Origin: an uncultured Clostridia bacterium | GTDB taxonomy: Bacteria > Bacillota > Clostridia > Christensenellales > UBA1242 | Reading direction: 5' to 3' | Length of the DNA: 38,809 nucleotides | Assembly (NCBI GenBank): GCA_947627585.1 | Contig: CANQWP010000001.1 | Coordinates: 1-38,809, forward strand | Shown here: one piece after another, positions 7,251-13,974 of the stretch | Layout: every line of letters starts with the position of its first letter | Position numbering within the stretch: the stretch's first letter is position 1 | Program-made: the position numbers and the translations under genes | Notes under the pieces: model-generated | Told to the model about the DNA's origin: nothing | The model's database searches: none | What the model saw: the letters and a program-made list of their open reading frames with translations, nothing else

Positions 7251-8081
7251 TTACAACTTTTGCCCGCATTTTTGGCAAAACTTTGCATCAGTCGAATTTC
7301 TCTCTCCGCAATTTGCACATCTTTTTTCTCTGGACAGCGCCTGGCCACAATTTGAGCAGAATTTTGAATTTCCTTTCACCTCGGCGCCGCAGTTTGGACA
7401 AAAACCGTTTTTCTCGGAATTTTTTGAAAGAACGCTCAGCCGTTTATAGTCCTCGCTGTCAATGATGATGTTTGCAATGTTAAACGAAAACACGGCAATT
7501 CCATATTCACTTTGAAGTTTGTGCGAAAGTTCGCTCAAAACTTTTTCCGAAATGGCTTTTTTGTGCATTGAAAGCTGATTGAATGGCACATGATTTTTTG
7601 AAATATAATCCAAAATCACCAATTCCATCACCGAAACAACGGTCGAGCGCAGCCTTTCTTGCAACAAATTTGCTGTCAAATCTTTGTCCGACCCGATGAG
7701 ATAGAGATAGCACTTTCTTGGGTCGCCAATTTGCACGTCAAAATCGCCGCTGAAGCCAACGTGATAATTTTCGTTTGAGTCTTCGTCAAAAAGCACAAGT
7801 TTTTGCGACGTTCCCCACAAAAGTTTGAGTTTTGCAGTCTTGCTCATGAAAAGCACTTCGATTTGGCTTTCAAGATCCTCTTTCATATCCAAAAAATCAG
7901 CAAGGGCATATTTGCCGGAAGAAAGCGTTTGAAGCATCTGCCCGTCTTTGATCAGAATGGCGTTGTGAGTTTCCGGAACGATCACAGAAAGTTTTTGCGA
8001 AAGAGTCTCAACTGGAACTCTGCAAAAAAGTTTGTCGTTGTTTCCAGAGAACTTGATTGTGTTTGCCTGATTTTTCTCCAT
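7251..8081 (-). CDS. SPFH-fold, YdjI-like ('virion core protein-like', COG4260-type) protein with C-terminal double zinc ribbon (276 aa)
   Basis: ATG at 8081, TAA at 7251. The core ...LLWGTSQKLVLFDEDSNENYHVGFSGDFDVQIGDPRKCYLYLIG...LRSTVVSVMELVILDYISKNHVPFNQLSMHKKAISEKVLSELSHKLQSEYGIAVFSFNIANIII matches the pattern I remember for B. subtilis YdjI-type SPFH proteins (WGT..pi.l.D...v.lrafG.y...I.DP..f......yGi.l.sf.i.ni). The C-terminus (nt 7254-7406) is FCPNCGAEVKGNSKFCSNCG...RCANCGERNSTDAKFCQKCG, i.e. two CxxC-x9-11-CxxC ribbons. Confidence 0.75.
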   Translation of the reverse strand: MEKNQANTIKFSGNNDKLFCRVPVETLSQKLSVIVPETHNAILIKDGQMLQTLSSGKYALADFLDMKEDLESQIEVLFMSKTAKLKLLWGTSQKLVLFDEDSNENYHVGFSGDFDVQIGDPRKCYLYLIGSDKDLTANLLQERLRSTVVSVMELVILDYISKNHVPFNQLSMHKKAISEKVLSELSHKLQSEYGIAVFSFNIANIIIDSEDYKRLSVLSKNSEKNGFCPNCGAEVKGNSKFCSNCGQALSREKRCANCGERNSTDAKFCQKCGQKL

Positions 8082-8111
8082 TTTTCACCCAAAAGTTGAC
8101 TTTTCTTATTC

Positions 8112-8140
8112 AGTATAACAAAAAATTTTTTCAAAGTCAA
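8112..8140 (-). promoter_or_regulatory. promoter of the seven-gene ESCRT-like operon
   Basis: The minus strand reads TTGACT(8140-8135), a 17-nt spacer, then TATACT(8117-8112) with TGT immediately upstream (extended -10). It lies ~30 nt upstream of the ATG at 8081, and a terminator lies just upstream of it. Confidence 0.6.
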
Positions 8141-8175
8141 AAGAACTTAAAGAAAAAACACAATTTTTGTCGAAG

Positions 8176-8210
8176 AAAAAACCGGGATTTGTGAGTTTTC
8201 CCGGCTTTTT
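8176..8210 (-). terminator. rho-independent terminator after the 164-aa lipoprotein gene (bidirectional shape)
   Basis: Stem CCGGGA(8182-8187)/TCCCGG(8199-8204) with an 11-nt loop, an A-run on one side and a T-run on the other. On the minus strand it reads GCCGGGAAAACTCACAAATCCCGGTTTTTT. Confidence 0.75.
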
Positions 8211-8222
8211 CACGTTTTTGTC

Positions 8223-8717
8223 TTAGGCCTCTGCCTTATAGTTTTCAAGGTCAAAGTTGACTGTGTATGTCGCGCCCTCTTCTGCATCTTTTTCTGTGAC
8301 TTTCACGGTGAAAGACTTTTCATTGCTTTCAACCACACGAACAAGTTGCAAAACGTCGTCTTTTTCTGTGTCATTTGTGCTTGTTTTGTTGTCTCCCAAA
8401 ACGCCGGTATATTCCACCTTAGATCCGGCTTTGAAATCAACTTCAACAATCACATAGGCTTTGCCCTTATATTTTGTTGTGCCGCCCCAAACCTTTGCTT
8501 GATCTTCGGTCAAAGTGTTGGCTGTTCCGCTGACAACAAAGGTGTTTTCTTTGTCTTTGGCAATTTTAAGTTTGTCGCCATTGTTGAATTTTTGCGCCGA
8601 AATTGTGACATCACCAGAAGCAAGTCTCACGGCCATTGGCTCTCCACAAGACGCAAGCGTAAGTCCGCCCACAAGCAAAATTGCAAGGCATGCCATGATT
8701 GACAAAAGTTTTTTCAT
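8223..8717 (-). CDS. small lipoprotein (164 aa), function unknown
   Basis: I trim the track ORF (TTG at 8732) to ATG 8717, which follows the GAGGAGG RBS. The signal peptide is MKKLLSIMACLAILLVGGLTLASC with the lipobox LASC. The mature part is beta-rich. Confidence 0.8.
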   Translation of the reverse strand: MKKLLSIMACLAILLVGGLTLASCGEPMAVRLASGDVTISAQKFNNGDKLKIAKDKENTFVVSGTANTLTEDQAKVWGGTTKYKGKAYVIVEVDFKAGSKVEYTGVLGDNKTSTNDTEKDDVLQLVRVVESNEKSFTVKVTEKDAEEGATYTVNFDLENYKAEA

Positions 8718-8946
8718 GTTTTTCCTCCTCAAAGATTAACACTGTGGGCCTTGCACAATCGACTTAATATGCTCCCGACTGTGTTTGAACTGCGCGGAAA
8801 GTGTCTTTTCGCGTTTAATCTAGTATGTCAAGCGGAAAGATTTTTATTCTTTGTCACATTTTTTGAGCAAAAGCAATAAATTGATAATGTGCAAAAAGTT
8901 TAAGCACATAAAAGTCGTTACATAAGAAATTTTTTAGGAGGCACAA

Positions 8947-9159
8947 ATGAACTTTTTTGGAGGCTCAAATTGTGGCAATGTAGGGGAAAATTGTGGTGGC
9001 GGAAATGACTGCTGCTCTCTCATCTTCCTGCTTTTGCTCTTGCAAAACTGCGGTTGCGGTTTTGGCGGCTTCAAAGGCGGAATCAACATCGACTGTGAAA
9101 CACTTTTGTTCTTGATTTTGCTCTCAAATCTTGGCTGCGGCTGTGGCTGCGGCAAATAA
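8947..9159 (+). CDS. Cys/Gly-rich hydrophobic miniprotein (70 aa) with internal duplication
   Basis: An AGGAGG RBS lies 6 nt before the ATG, and terminator 9184-9212 follows. The sequence is MNFFGGSNCGNVGENCGGGNDCCSLIFLLLLLQNCGCGFGGFKGGINIDCETLLFLILLSNLGCGCGCGK, which contains two copies of [C-x-S/T-L-hydrophobic8-N-x-GCG-x-G]. Confidence 0.7.
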   Translation: MNFFGGSNCGNVGENCGGGNDCCSLIFLLLLLQNCGCGFGGFKGGINIDCETLLFLILLSNLGCGCGCGK

Positions 9160-9183
9160 GCCAAAAATCACAACTTGAAACTT

Positions 9184-9212
9184 CCCCTCTCCAAAAGGGG
9201 ATTTTTCTTTTT
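9184..9212 (+). terminator. rho-independent terminator of the miniprotein gene
   Basis: Stem CCCCT(9184-9188)/AGGGG(9196-9200) followed by ATTTTTCTTTTT. Confidence 0.65.
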
Positions 9213-9391
9213 GTTTAAGAATTTTTAATCAACCACTTTCAAAATTGACTGTTTTACACATTTTCAAAATTTTGACTTTTCAACTTTCCACTTTTTTGTC
9301 TGTTTTTCATGAAAATTTGCACAAAAACGCTTGTTTTTTCGTGATTTTTGTTGTAAAATAAAATCAAATTGATGGCAAAGGAGAAATTGAT

Positions 9392-9790
9392 ATGACAGGA
9401 ATTGAAAAAAAATATGGCGAAGGCGCAGAACTTTTGTGGAAGGACAGAAAAAGATATTTCGGACTTCCGCTTTCTTTCACAAAATACAGCCTTGTGAAAA
9501 AGCCTGGCGCTTGGGTGAAAGTGTTTTTGAATGTTGGGCTTTTGTCCTCACGAATTGACGAAATCAATGCATATCGCATTTGCGACATTCGCATGAAACA
9601 GTCCCTTCTTGGCAAAATGTTCAATTATGGCGACATTGTCCTTTTGAGCAGCGACGAAAGTCAGCCAACTTTGCTTTTGAAAAATATCAAAAATCCATAT
9701 CAAGTGCGCGAATTGTTTTCGACCGTTGCAGAAGAGCAACGCAAACTCAACAACATTCGTGTTGCCGAATTTCACAGTCACGACGACTGA
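9392..9790 (+). CDS. bacterial PH domain (bPH_2/YdbT-like) protein, 132 aa
   Basis: AAAGGAGA RBS. ...INAYRICDIRMKQSLLGKMFNYGDIVLLSSDESQPTLLLKNIKNPYQVRELF is the characteristic bPH_2 core (I.d....q....r.fg.G.i.i.......l....i..p..v...i). No flanking TM helices. Confidence 0.75.
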   Translation: MTGIEKKYGEGAELLWKDRKRYFGLPLSFTKYSLVKKPGAWVKVFLNVGLLSSRIDEINAYRICDIRMKQSLLGKMFNYGDIVLLSSDESQPTLLLKNIKNPYQVRELFSTVAEEQRKLNNIRVAEFHSHDD

Positions 9791-9809
9791 TTTTGAAGAT
9801 GCTTTTGTC

Positions 9810-9845
9810 AAAAAAGCCGCAAAAATTGCGGCTTTTTGTTTTTTA
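9810..9845. terminator. bidirectional terminator between convergent genes
   Basis: AAAAAAGCCGCAAAAATTGCGGCTTTTTGTTTTTT, with stem AGCCGCA(9815-9821)/TGCGGCT(9827-9833), A-run upstream and T-run downstream. Confidence 0.8.
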
Positions 9846-9900
9846 GATTTTTTCTTCTCCCAAAATCCTCTCAGTTTTTTTGCAAAAAATTTTTTGAAAA

Positions 9901-10368
9901 TCAGTCAAGTTTTACGCCAAAATCAACAAACTCAGCGACGTTATTCAGCATTTCTTCTTTTGAAATTTCAACAATTTCAACATTCTTGTTGTCAAACTCG
10001 CCGTCAAGCCCAAGTTTTCGCTTTTTGGCGAATGACAGAAAATTGACCAGCACAATGTGCGCCTCATAGTCCACGTCAAACTCCTTTCCTTCATATCTCC
10101 ACGTGTGGACATAGTGAATGACGTCAAGCTCTTTGACAAATTCGACATGCGCGTTCATTTCTTCCATAAGCTCGCGCTTGATGGCCGTCTCGACGTCTTC
10201 GCCCTCGTCAATTCCGCCACCCGAAAGAGAATATTTGAACTTCTTGTCCTGAATTTTCAGCACCAAAAACTTGTCGCCCTTTTGAACGGCGGCATAAACC
10301 TTTTGGAATGGCAGCCCTTTTTGATAGAGTTCATATGCAAGTTTTGCTTTTTGTTCATAATAAGTCAT
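9901..10368 (-). CDS. NUDIX hydrolase (155 aa)
   Basis: I trim the track ORF to ATG 10368, which follows the AGGAGG RBS. The Nudix box is GGGIDEGEDVETAIKRELMEEMN (G-x5-E-x7-REUxEExGU). Confidence 0.85.
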   Translation of the reverse strand: MTYYEQKAKLAYELYQKGLPFQKVYAAVQKGDKFLVLKIQDKKFKYSLSGGGIDEGEDVETAIKRELMEEMNAHVEFVKELDVIHYVHTWRYEGKEFDVDYEAHIVLVNFLSFAKKRKLGLDGEFDNKNVEIVEISKEEMLNNVAEFVDFGVKLD

Positions 10369-10558
10369 GATTTTTTCCTCCTTTGTTTTCTTTTGCGTTT
10401 TCATTATATCAGTCTCAGCAAATTTTTCCAATCAAATTGGAGGTTTTGTTTTGACTTTCTCGGCAGCACATTGCAACCTTGATTTTTTGACTTTTTTCCA
10501 AATGTTTTGATGTGAAAGCATGTTTTTTTCAAATTTGTGAAGTTTTTTTGAAAAATTG

Positions 10559-10587
10559 TTGACAAAGAAAAATTTTTATGCTAAAAT
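10559..10587 (+). promoter_or_regulatory. consensus promoter of tRNA-Ala
   Basis: TTGACA(10559-10564), a 17-nt spacer, then TGC-TAAAAT(10582-10587) (extended -10). The tRNA starts 20 nt downstream. Confidence 0.75.
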
Positions 10588-10606
10588 GCAAAGGCAAACT
10601 TGTTTT

Positions 10607-10682
10607 GGGGGTTTAGCTCAGTTGGTAGAGCACTTGCCTTGCAAGCAAGGGGTCAAGAGTTCGAATCTCTTAATCTCCACCA
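10607..10682 (+). tRNA. tRNA-Ala (anticodon UGC), CCA encoded
   Basis: Manual cloverleaf: acceptor GGGGGTT/AATCTCC with G3:U70; D arm GCTC-AGTTGGTA-GAGC; anticodon arm CTTGC-CTTGCAA-GCAAG (positions 34-36 are TGC); T arm AAGAG-TTCGAAT-CTCTT; 3' ACCA. Confidence 0.95.
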
Positions 10683-10691
10683 GAGAAAAAA

Positions 10692-10714
10692 CTGCGCTGC
10701 TAGCGCGGTTTTTT
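10692..10714 (+). terminator. terminator after tRNA-Ala
   Basis: Stem CTGCGCT/AGCGCGG (one G-U pair) with loop GCT, followed by TTTTTT. Confidence 0.65.
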
Positions 10715-10798
10715 GTTGCACAAAAAATCCTTCGCTTTTCGCTTGTTTTTTCTCTTTGCGCCGGATTTGCCCGTTTGAAAATCGCAGGCATATAAAAT

Positions 10799-10830
10799 TA
10801 AAAAAACGAGGGATTATTCCTCGTTTTTCT
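10799..10830 (-). terminator. terminator after mscL (bidirectional shape)
   Basis: Stem ACGAGG(10806-10811)/CCTCGT(10819-10824), A7 upstream and T-run downstream. On the minus strand the stem is followed by TTTTTTT. Confidence 0.7.
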
Positions 10831-10835
10831 TTTTC

Positions 10836-11438
10836 TTATTTCTTTGTTGTTTTTGCAGGTTTTTCGGCCTTTGTTTCGTTTTGCTTTTTCAGCTCTTCCA
10901 AAATGCCTGTCAAAAGTTCTTCTTGAGTTGGTTTTGGAGGCTCTGGCGCTGGTTTGTTCTTTTCGCGAAGTTCAAGTGTTGCTTTTTTCACTGTTTCGCG
11001 GTCATGCATGTCAACGCCATCGGCCTTCAATTGTGCACGTTCTTCTTTTGTTGGACGGCCTTCTTTGACTTTGTCAGTCATGCCGTGTGCTGCCATGAGG
11101 GCTTTCAAAATCAAGAACAACACCATTGCAATGATAAGGAAGTTCAAAATCGCCGTGATGAATGCGCCCCAGTCGATATATATGCTGGCATCAAGATTGA
11201 CAATGCCTGTGGTCGGGTCAACGACTTTTCTGAGGAATGTGTAAGCGCCCTCCACGCCCCTTCCACCGGTGATTGCTGCAATTGCCCAATTCACAAGCGG
11301 CATGATGATTTTGTTTGTGAATGCCGTCACAATTGCGCTGAAAGCAGAGCCGATGATTACGCCAATTGCCAAGTCAACAATGTTTCCACGCGAAATGAAT
11401 GCTTTGAAATCGCTGAAAAACTTTTTGATTCTTTTCAT
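10836..11438 (-). CDS. mscL: large-conductance mechanosensitive channel MscL with long charged C-terminal extension (200 aa)
   Basis: ATG at 11438 follows an AAGGAGA RBS. The N-terminus FKAFISRGNIVDLAIGVIIGSAFSAIVTAFTNKIIMPLV is the canonical MscL TM1 region, and TM2 is WGAFITAILNFLIIAMVLFLILK. About 70 extra K/E/P-rich residues follow. Confidence 0.9.
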   Translation of the reverse strand: MKRIKKFFSDFKAFISRGNIVDLAIGVIIGSAFSAIVTAFTNKIIMPLVNWAIAAITGGRGVEGAYTFLRKVVDPTTGIVNLDASIYIDWGAFITAILNFLIIAMVLFLILKALMAAHGMTDKVKEGRPTKEERAQLKADGVDMHDRETVKKATLELREKNKPAPEPPKPTQEELLTGILEELKKQNETKAEKPAKTTKK

Positions 11439-11469
11439 TTTTTTCTCCTTTTGAATTTTGTTTACACAA

Positions 11470-11499
11470 ATTTTAGCAAACTTTCAACAAAAAAATCAA
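11470..11499 (-). promoter_or_regulatory. mscL promoter
   Basis: The minus strand reads TTGATT(11499-11494), an 18-nt spacer, then TGC-TAAAAT(11475-11470). The -35 overlaps the upstream terminator stem. Confidence 0.5.
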
Positions 11500-11520
11500 G
11501 CAAATCGCGCTTGATTTTTG
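11488..11520 (-). terminator. terminator after the lipoprotein/MGMT gene pair
   Basis: Stem ATCAAGC(11495-11501)/GCTTGAT(11509-11515). On the minus strand it is followed by TTTTTTT. Confidence 0.7.
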
Positions 11521-11590
11521 ATTTTCTTTATATTTTCATTTGTTTTGATTTTTGAAAGAATTTCATCTTAAAAATTTTTCGCTTTTCCCT

Positions 11591-11905
11591 TCACAAAGAT
11601 GGCCGCCAAAGATGTTTTTCCATGTCAACATTTCCGTTCTCGTCAAAGGTCACGCCTTCGGCAAGCAGCCTCTTTTTTTGTTCGTCCGCACCGCCAAAAG
11701 CAAAACTTCCGCTGAGAGCCCCAAATCGATTGACAACTCTGTGACACGGAATGTGTCTTGGATCAGGGTTTGCGTGCAGTGCATATCCCACAACTTGCGA
11801 AAATCTTGGCGCGCCCAAAATTGTTGCAATTTGGCCATATGTTGCCACTTTTCCGCGCGGAATATCTTTCACAACATTGTACACTCTTTCAAAAAAGGCA
11901 CTCAT
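11591..11905 (-). CDS. MGMT-family protein (methylated-DNA-protein-cysteine methyltransferase C-terminal/DNA-binding domain only, 104 aa)
   Basis: ATG at 11905 overlaps the upstream TGA (ATGA). The sequence YGQIATILGAPRFSQVVGYALHANPDPRHIPCHRVVN contains the PCHRV active-site motif. Confidence 0.85.
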   Translation of the reverse strand: MSAFFERVYNVVKDIPRGKVATYGQIATILGAPRFSQVVGYALHANPDPRHIPCHRVVNRFGALSGSFAFGGADEQKKRLLAEGVTFDENGNVDMEKHLWRPSL

Positions 11906-13884
11906 CCCAACTCCTGCGAACCCGCACTGACGAGTTTCATTTCTTCTGGCGTATCAAAATAGAAGTCAGAAAGAGGGAATTTCACAACAAGATAATCTCC
12001 GTCTTCTTCGCTTAACTCTTCGGCATCAAGTTTTCTGTTATCGTTGGCAATTGTGTTTTGAAGAATGAACCATCTGCCCTTGCCAAGAAGTTTGACATCT
12101 CCCTCTGCTTTGAGTTTGAAATACAGAACTTGACCAAAAGACATTGTTCTTTGCACAGCCACACCTCTTGAAAGATCTGTCCAAGAGGAAATCTGATCAG
12201 CACCAACTTGAGCGCTGTCAATTGCAAACTGCACCCCTGAAACACGTTCGTCAACAAGATCAAAATCAAAACTTACGAAAACGCTCTTTTCTTGAAGTTG
12301 GAAGTCATTGAAAATGAATTCCATGTCACCTTCTGGCACAAATTCGAAGTGGAACTTATCATATTTTTGCGTAGTCTCGTTGAAAATTGCTTTGAAGACA
12401 TTGCCATTTTCAAAACTAATTTCCAAATCTTGTCCGGCTTTGTCTTCGTTTCCTGATAAGATGTCTGCTACGTTCAGCACTATTTCGCCGTTGATATAAA
12501 GGTTATAGTCATAAAGCTTGTATGGTGTGATGTATTTTTCGCCGACTGATGGATATTCCCAGTCCAAAGAAGTTTTCGTTCCCTCAAAAACAATCATGTT
12601 GCCTTCGTCGTCATAGCCTGCCACAACATCTTGTTCTCCATTTTCGTCAACTGTTGAAAAATCAGGAACAATAAGTTTGATTGGGTGAGTTTCTGCCGTG
12701 CTTGCTTTTAAGGAAATTGTTTTCTTTTCGCCATAATCAATCCCTTTGAAACAAAGATCATATGAATCTTCTCCGCCGGTCGATTCTGGAGTAAGACCGG
12801 TTGGCACAAGATATGTGATTTCGTCCTCAGCATTTTCAGCATCCGGATCTTGTTCCAATTCCAAATCGTTGACAAAGCATTTGAGGTTTGAATAGTCAAC
12901 ATCTTGCAAAAGTTTTTTAAACTTGATTTTTGCAGAAGATTCAAAATTGAATGTGCTTGGAGCTTCTTTCAAAGCGGCCACATTTGCTTCCCCTGGAGCT
13001 GACGGCTCTGACGTCTCTGGGTCTTGCAAAATTTCAAAGGTGGTTTCAAACGTTTTGTTGTTTTTTTGAATGTAAAGTGGAAAATCCATCAGTTTCAAAG
13101 AACCAAAATCGGTCAACAACGTCACTTCAAGATTGTTTTCAAGATTGCCAAGTGAAAAAGTGTATGTCCCTCCATCATATGTCGGATAATCTAACGCTTT
13201 TGTGGTCGGCTCCTCCGTTCCATTTTGATATTGAATCTTAAATGGACTTTCTGCATTGATGACATAAGGATTTCCACCCTTGAATTGCATTTGGAAAGCG
13301 CCTGCGCCTTCGTCTTGCCCAACCAAGTCAATGTCGAAAGATTTGTCGTCCCCATTCAAAAAGTCATAAAAATTGACAAAATCTTCTTCCCCTGGAATTT
13401 TTATGCTTGCGTTATTCAGTCTTGCTGCAACACTTTCATCTTCAAGATTATCTACTTTGAAAACAATGTGATTTTTGTAACTTTCAGCACCCGAAACAGA
13501 GATTGTGACGTTCTCTTTCAATCCTTTGAAAAGTATGTAACCATATTTTAGTCCGCCGTCTTGTTTCAAAGGTTCATAATTGTTGTTGAATGTATAAATT
13601 TCGTTTCTTTGTTCGTTGTTGGCCTTGACAACAAGGTTTCTCATGTCAACGCCATGTTGTTTTGCATAAAACCAAACTTGAATTTCTGAATTTTCGCGAA
13701 CTTGAAATTTTCCGCTTGAATTTGCTTTGACCTCTTGCTTGTCAGCCAGGACAGAAGCCGTCACAAACTCCGGCTCCTCAAAAACAAAAGAAATAAAATA
13801 ATTTGCGCTGTCGCAAGAAGCCAACAACACTCCCGAAAAAAGCATGAAAAGCGAACAAATCGTCAAGGTGAGAAATTTTTTCAT
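11902..13884 (-). CDS. large lipoprotein (660 aa), function unknown
   Basis: ATG at 13884 follows a GGAG RBS. The signal peptide is MKKFLTLTICSLFMLFSGVLLASC (lipobox LLASC). The rest is acidic, beta-rich and extracellular-looking, with no motif I recognise. Confidence 0.8.
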   Translation of the reverse strand: MKKFLTLTICSLFMLFSGVLLASCDSANYFISFVFEEPEFVTASVLADKQEVKANSSGKFQVRENSEIQVWFYAKQHGVDMRNLVVKANNEQRNEIYTFNNNYEPLKQDGGLKYGYILFKGLKENVTISVSGAESYKNHIVFKVDNLEDESVAARLNNASIKIPGEEDFVNFYDFLNGDDKSFDIDLVGQDEGAGAFQMQFKGGNPYVINAESPFKIQYQNGTEEPTTKALDYPTYDGGTYTFSLGNLENNLEVTLLTDFGSLKLMDFPLYIQKNNKTFETTFEILQDPETSEPSAPGEANVAALKEAPSTFNFESSAKIKFKKLLQDVDYSNLKCFVNDLELEQDPDAENAEDEITYLVPTGLTPESTGGEDSYDLCFKGIDYGEKKTISLKASTAETHPIKLIVPDFSTVDENGEQDVVAGYDDEGNMIVFEGTKTSLDWEYPSVGEKYITPYKLYDYNLYINGEIVLNVADILSGNEDKAGQDLEISFENGNVFKAIFNETTQKYDKFHFEFVPEGDMEFIFNDFQLQEKSVFVSFDFDLVDERVSGVQFAIDSAQVGADQISSWTDLSRGVAVQRTMSFGQVLYFKLKAEGDVKLLGKGRWFILQNTIANDNRKLDAEELSEEDGDYLVVKFPLSDFYFDTPEEMKLVSAGSQELG

Positions 13885-13911
13885 AAAATCTCCAATTTTT
13901 TCTCTGCTTAT

Positions 13912-13920
13912 ATTTTATCA
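13912..13920 (-). promoter_or_regulatory. extended -10 element upstream of the 660-aa lipoprotein gene
   Basis: The minus strand reads TGA-TAAAAT, 27 nt before the ATG at 13884. The -35 is only weak (TTGTAA with a 16-nt spacer). Confidence 0.4.
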
Positions 13921-13974
13921 CAAATTTTCTTTATTACAAAATATTTGAATAAAATTCTGGCTTGTATATTTCCC

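Noticed and set aside
8793-8813. A 9-bp hairpin (CGCGGAAAG-TGT-CTTTTCGCG) in the 214-nt spacer between the divergent lipoprotein and miniprotein genes. I considered it as an attenuator, riboswitch or terminator.
   Set aside because: Only three T follow it on the plus strand and none on the minus strand. I recognise no riboswitch consensus, and I could not place the lipoprotein promoter relative to it. The evidence is insufficient.
8934-9164. Minus-strand 76-aa ORF (PQPQPQ-rich) opposite the Cys/Gly miniprotein gene.
   Set aside because: It starts with TTG and has no RBS. Its composition is simply the complement of GCnGGn codons. The plus-strand gene has a canonical RBS and terminator.
10556-10926. 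Plus-strand ORFs 10556-10795 and 10600-10926.
   Set aside because: They run through the tRNA-Ala gene, its terminator and the antisense of the mscL 3' end, so they are not credible coding sequences.
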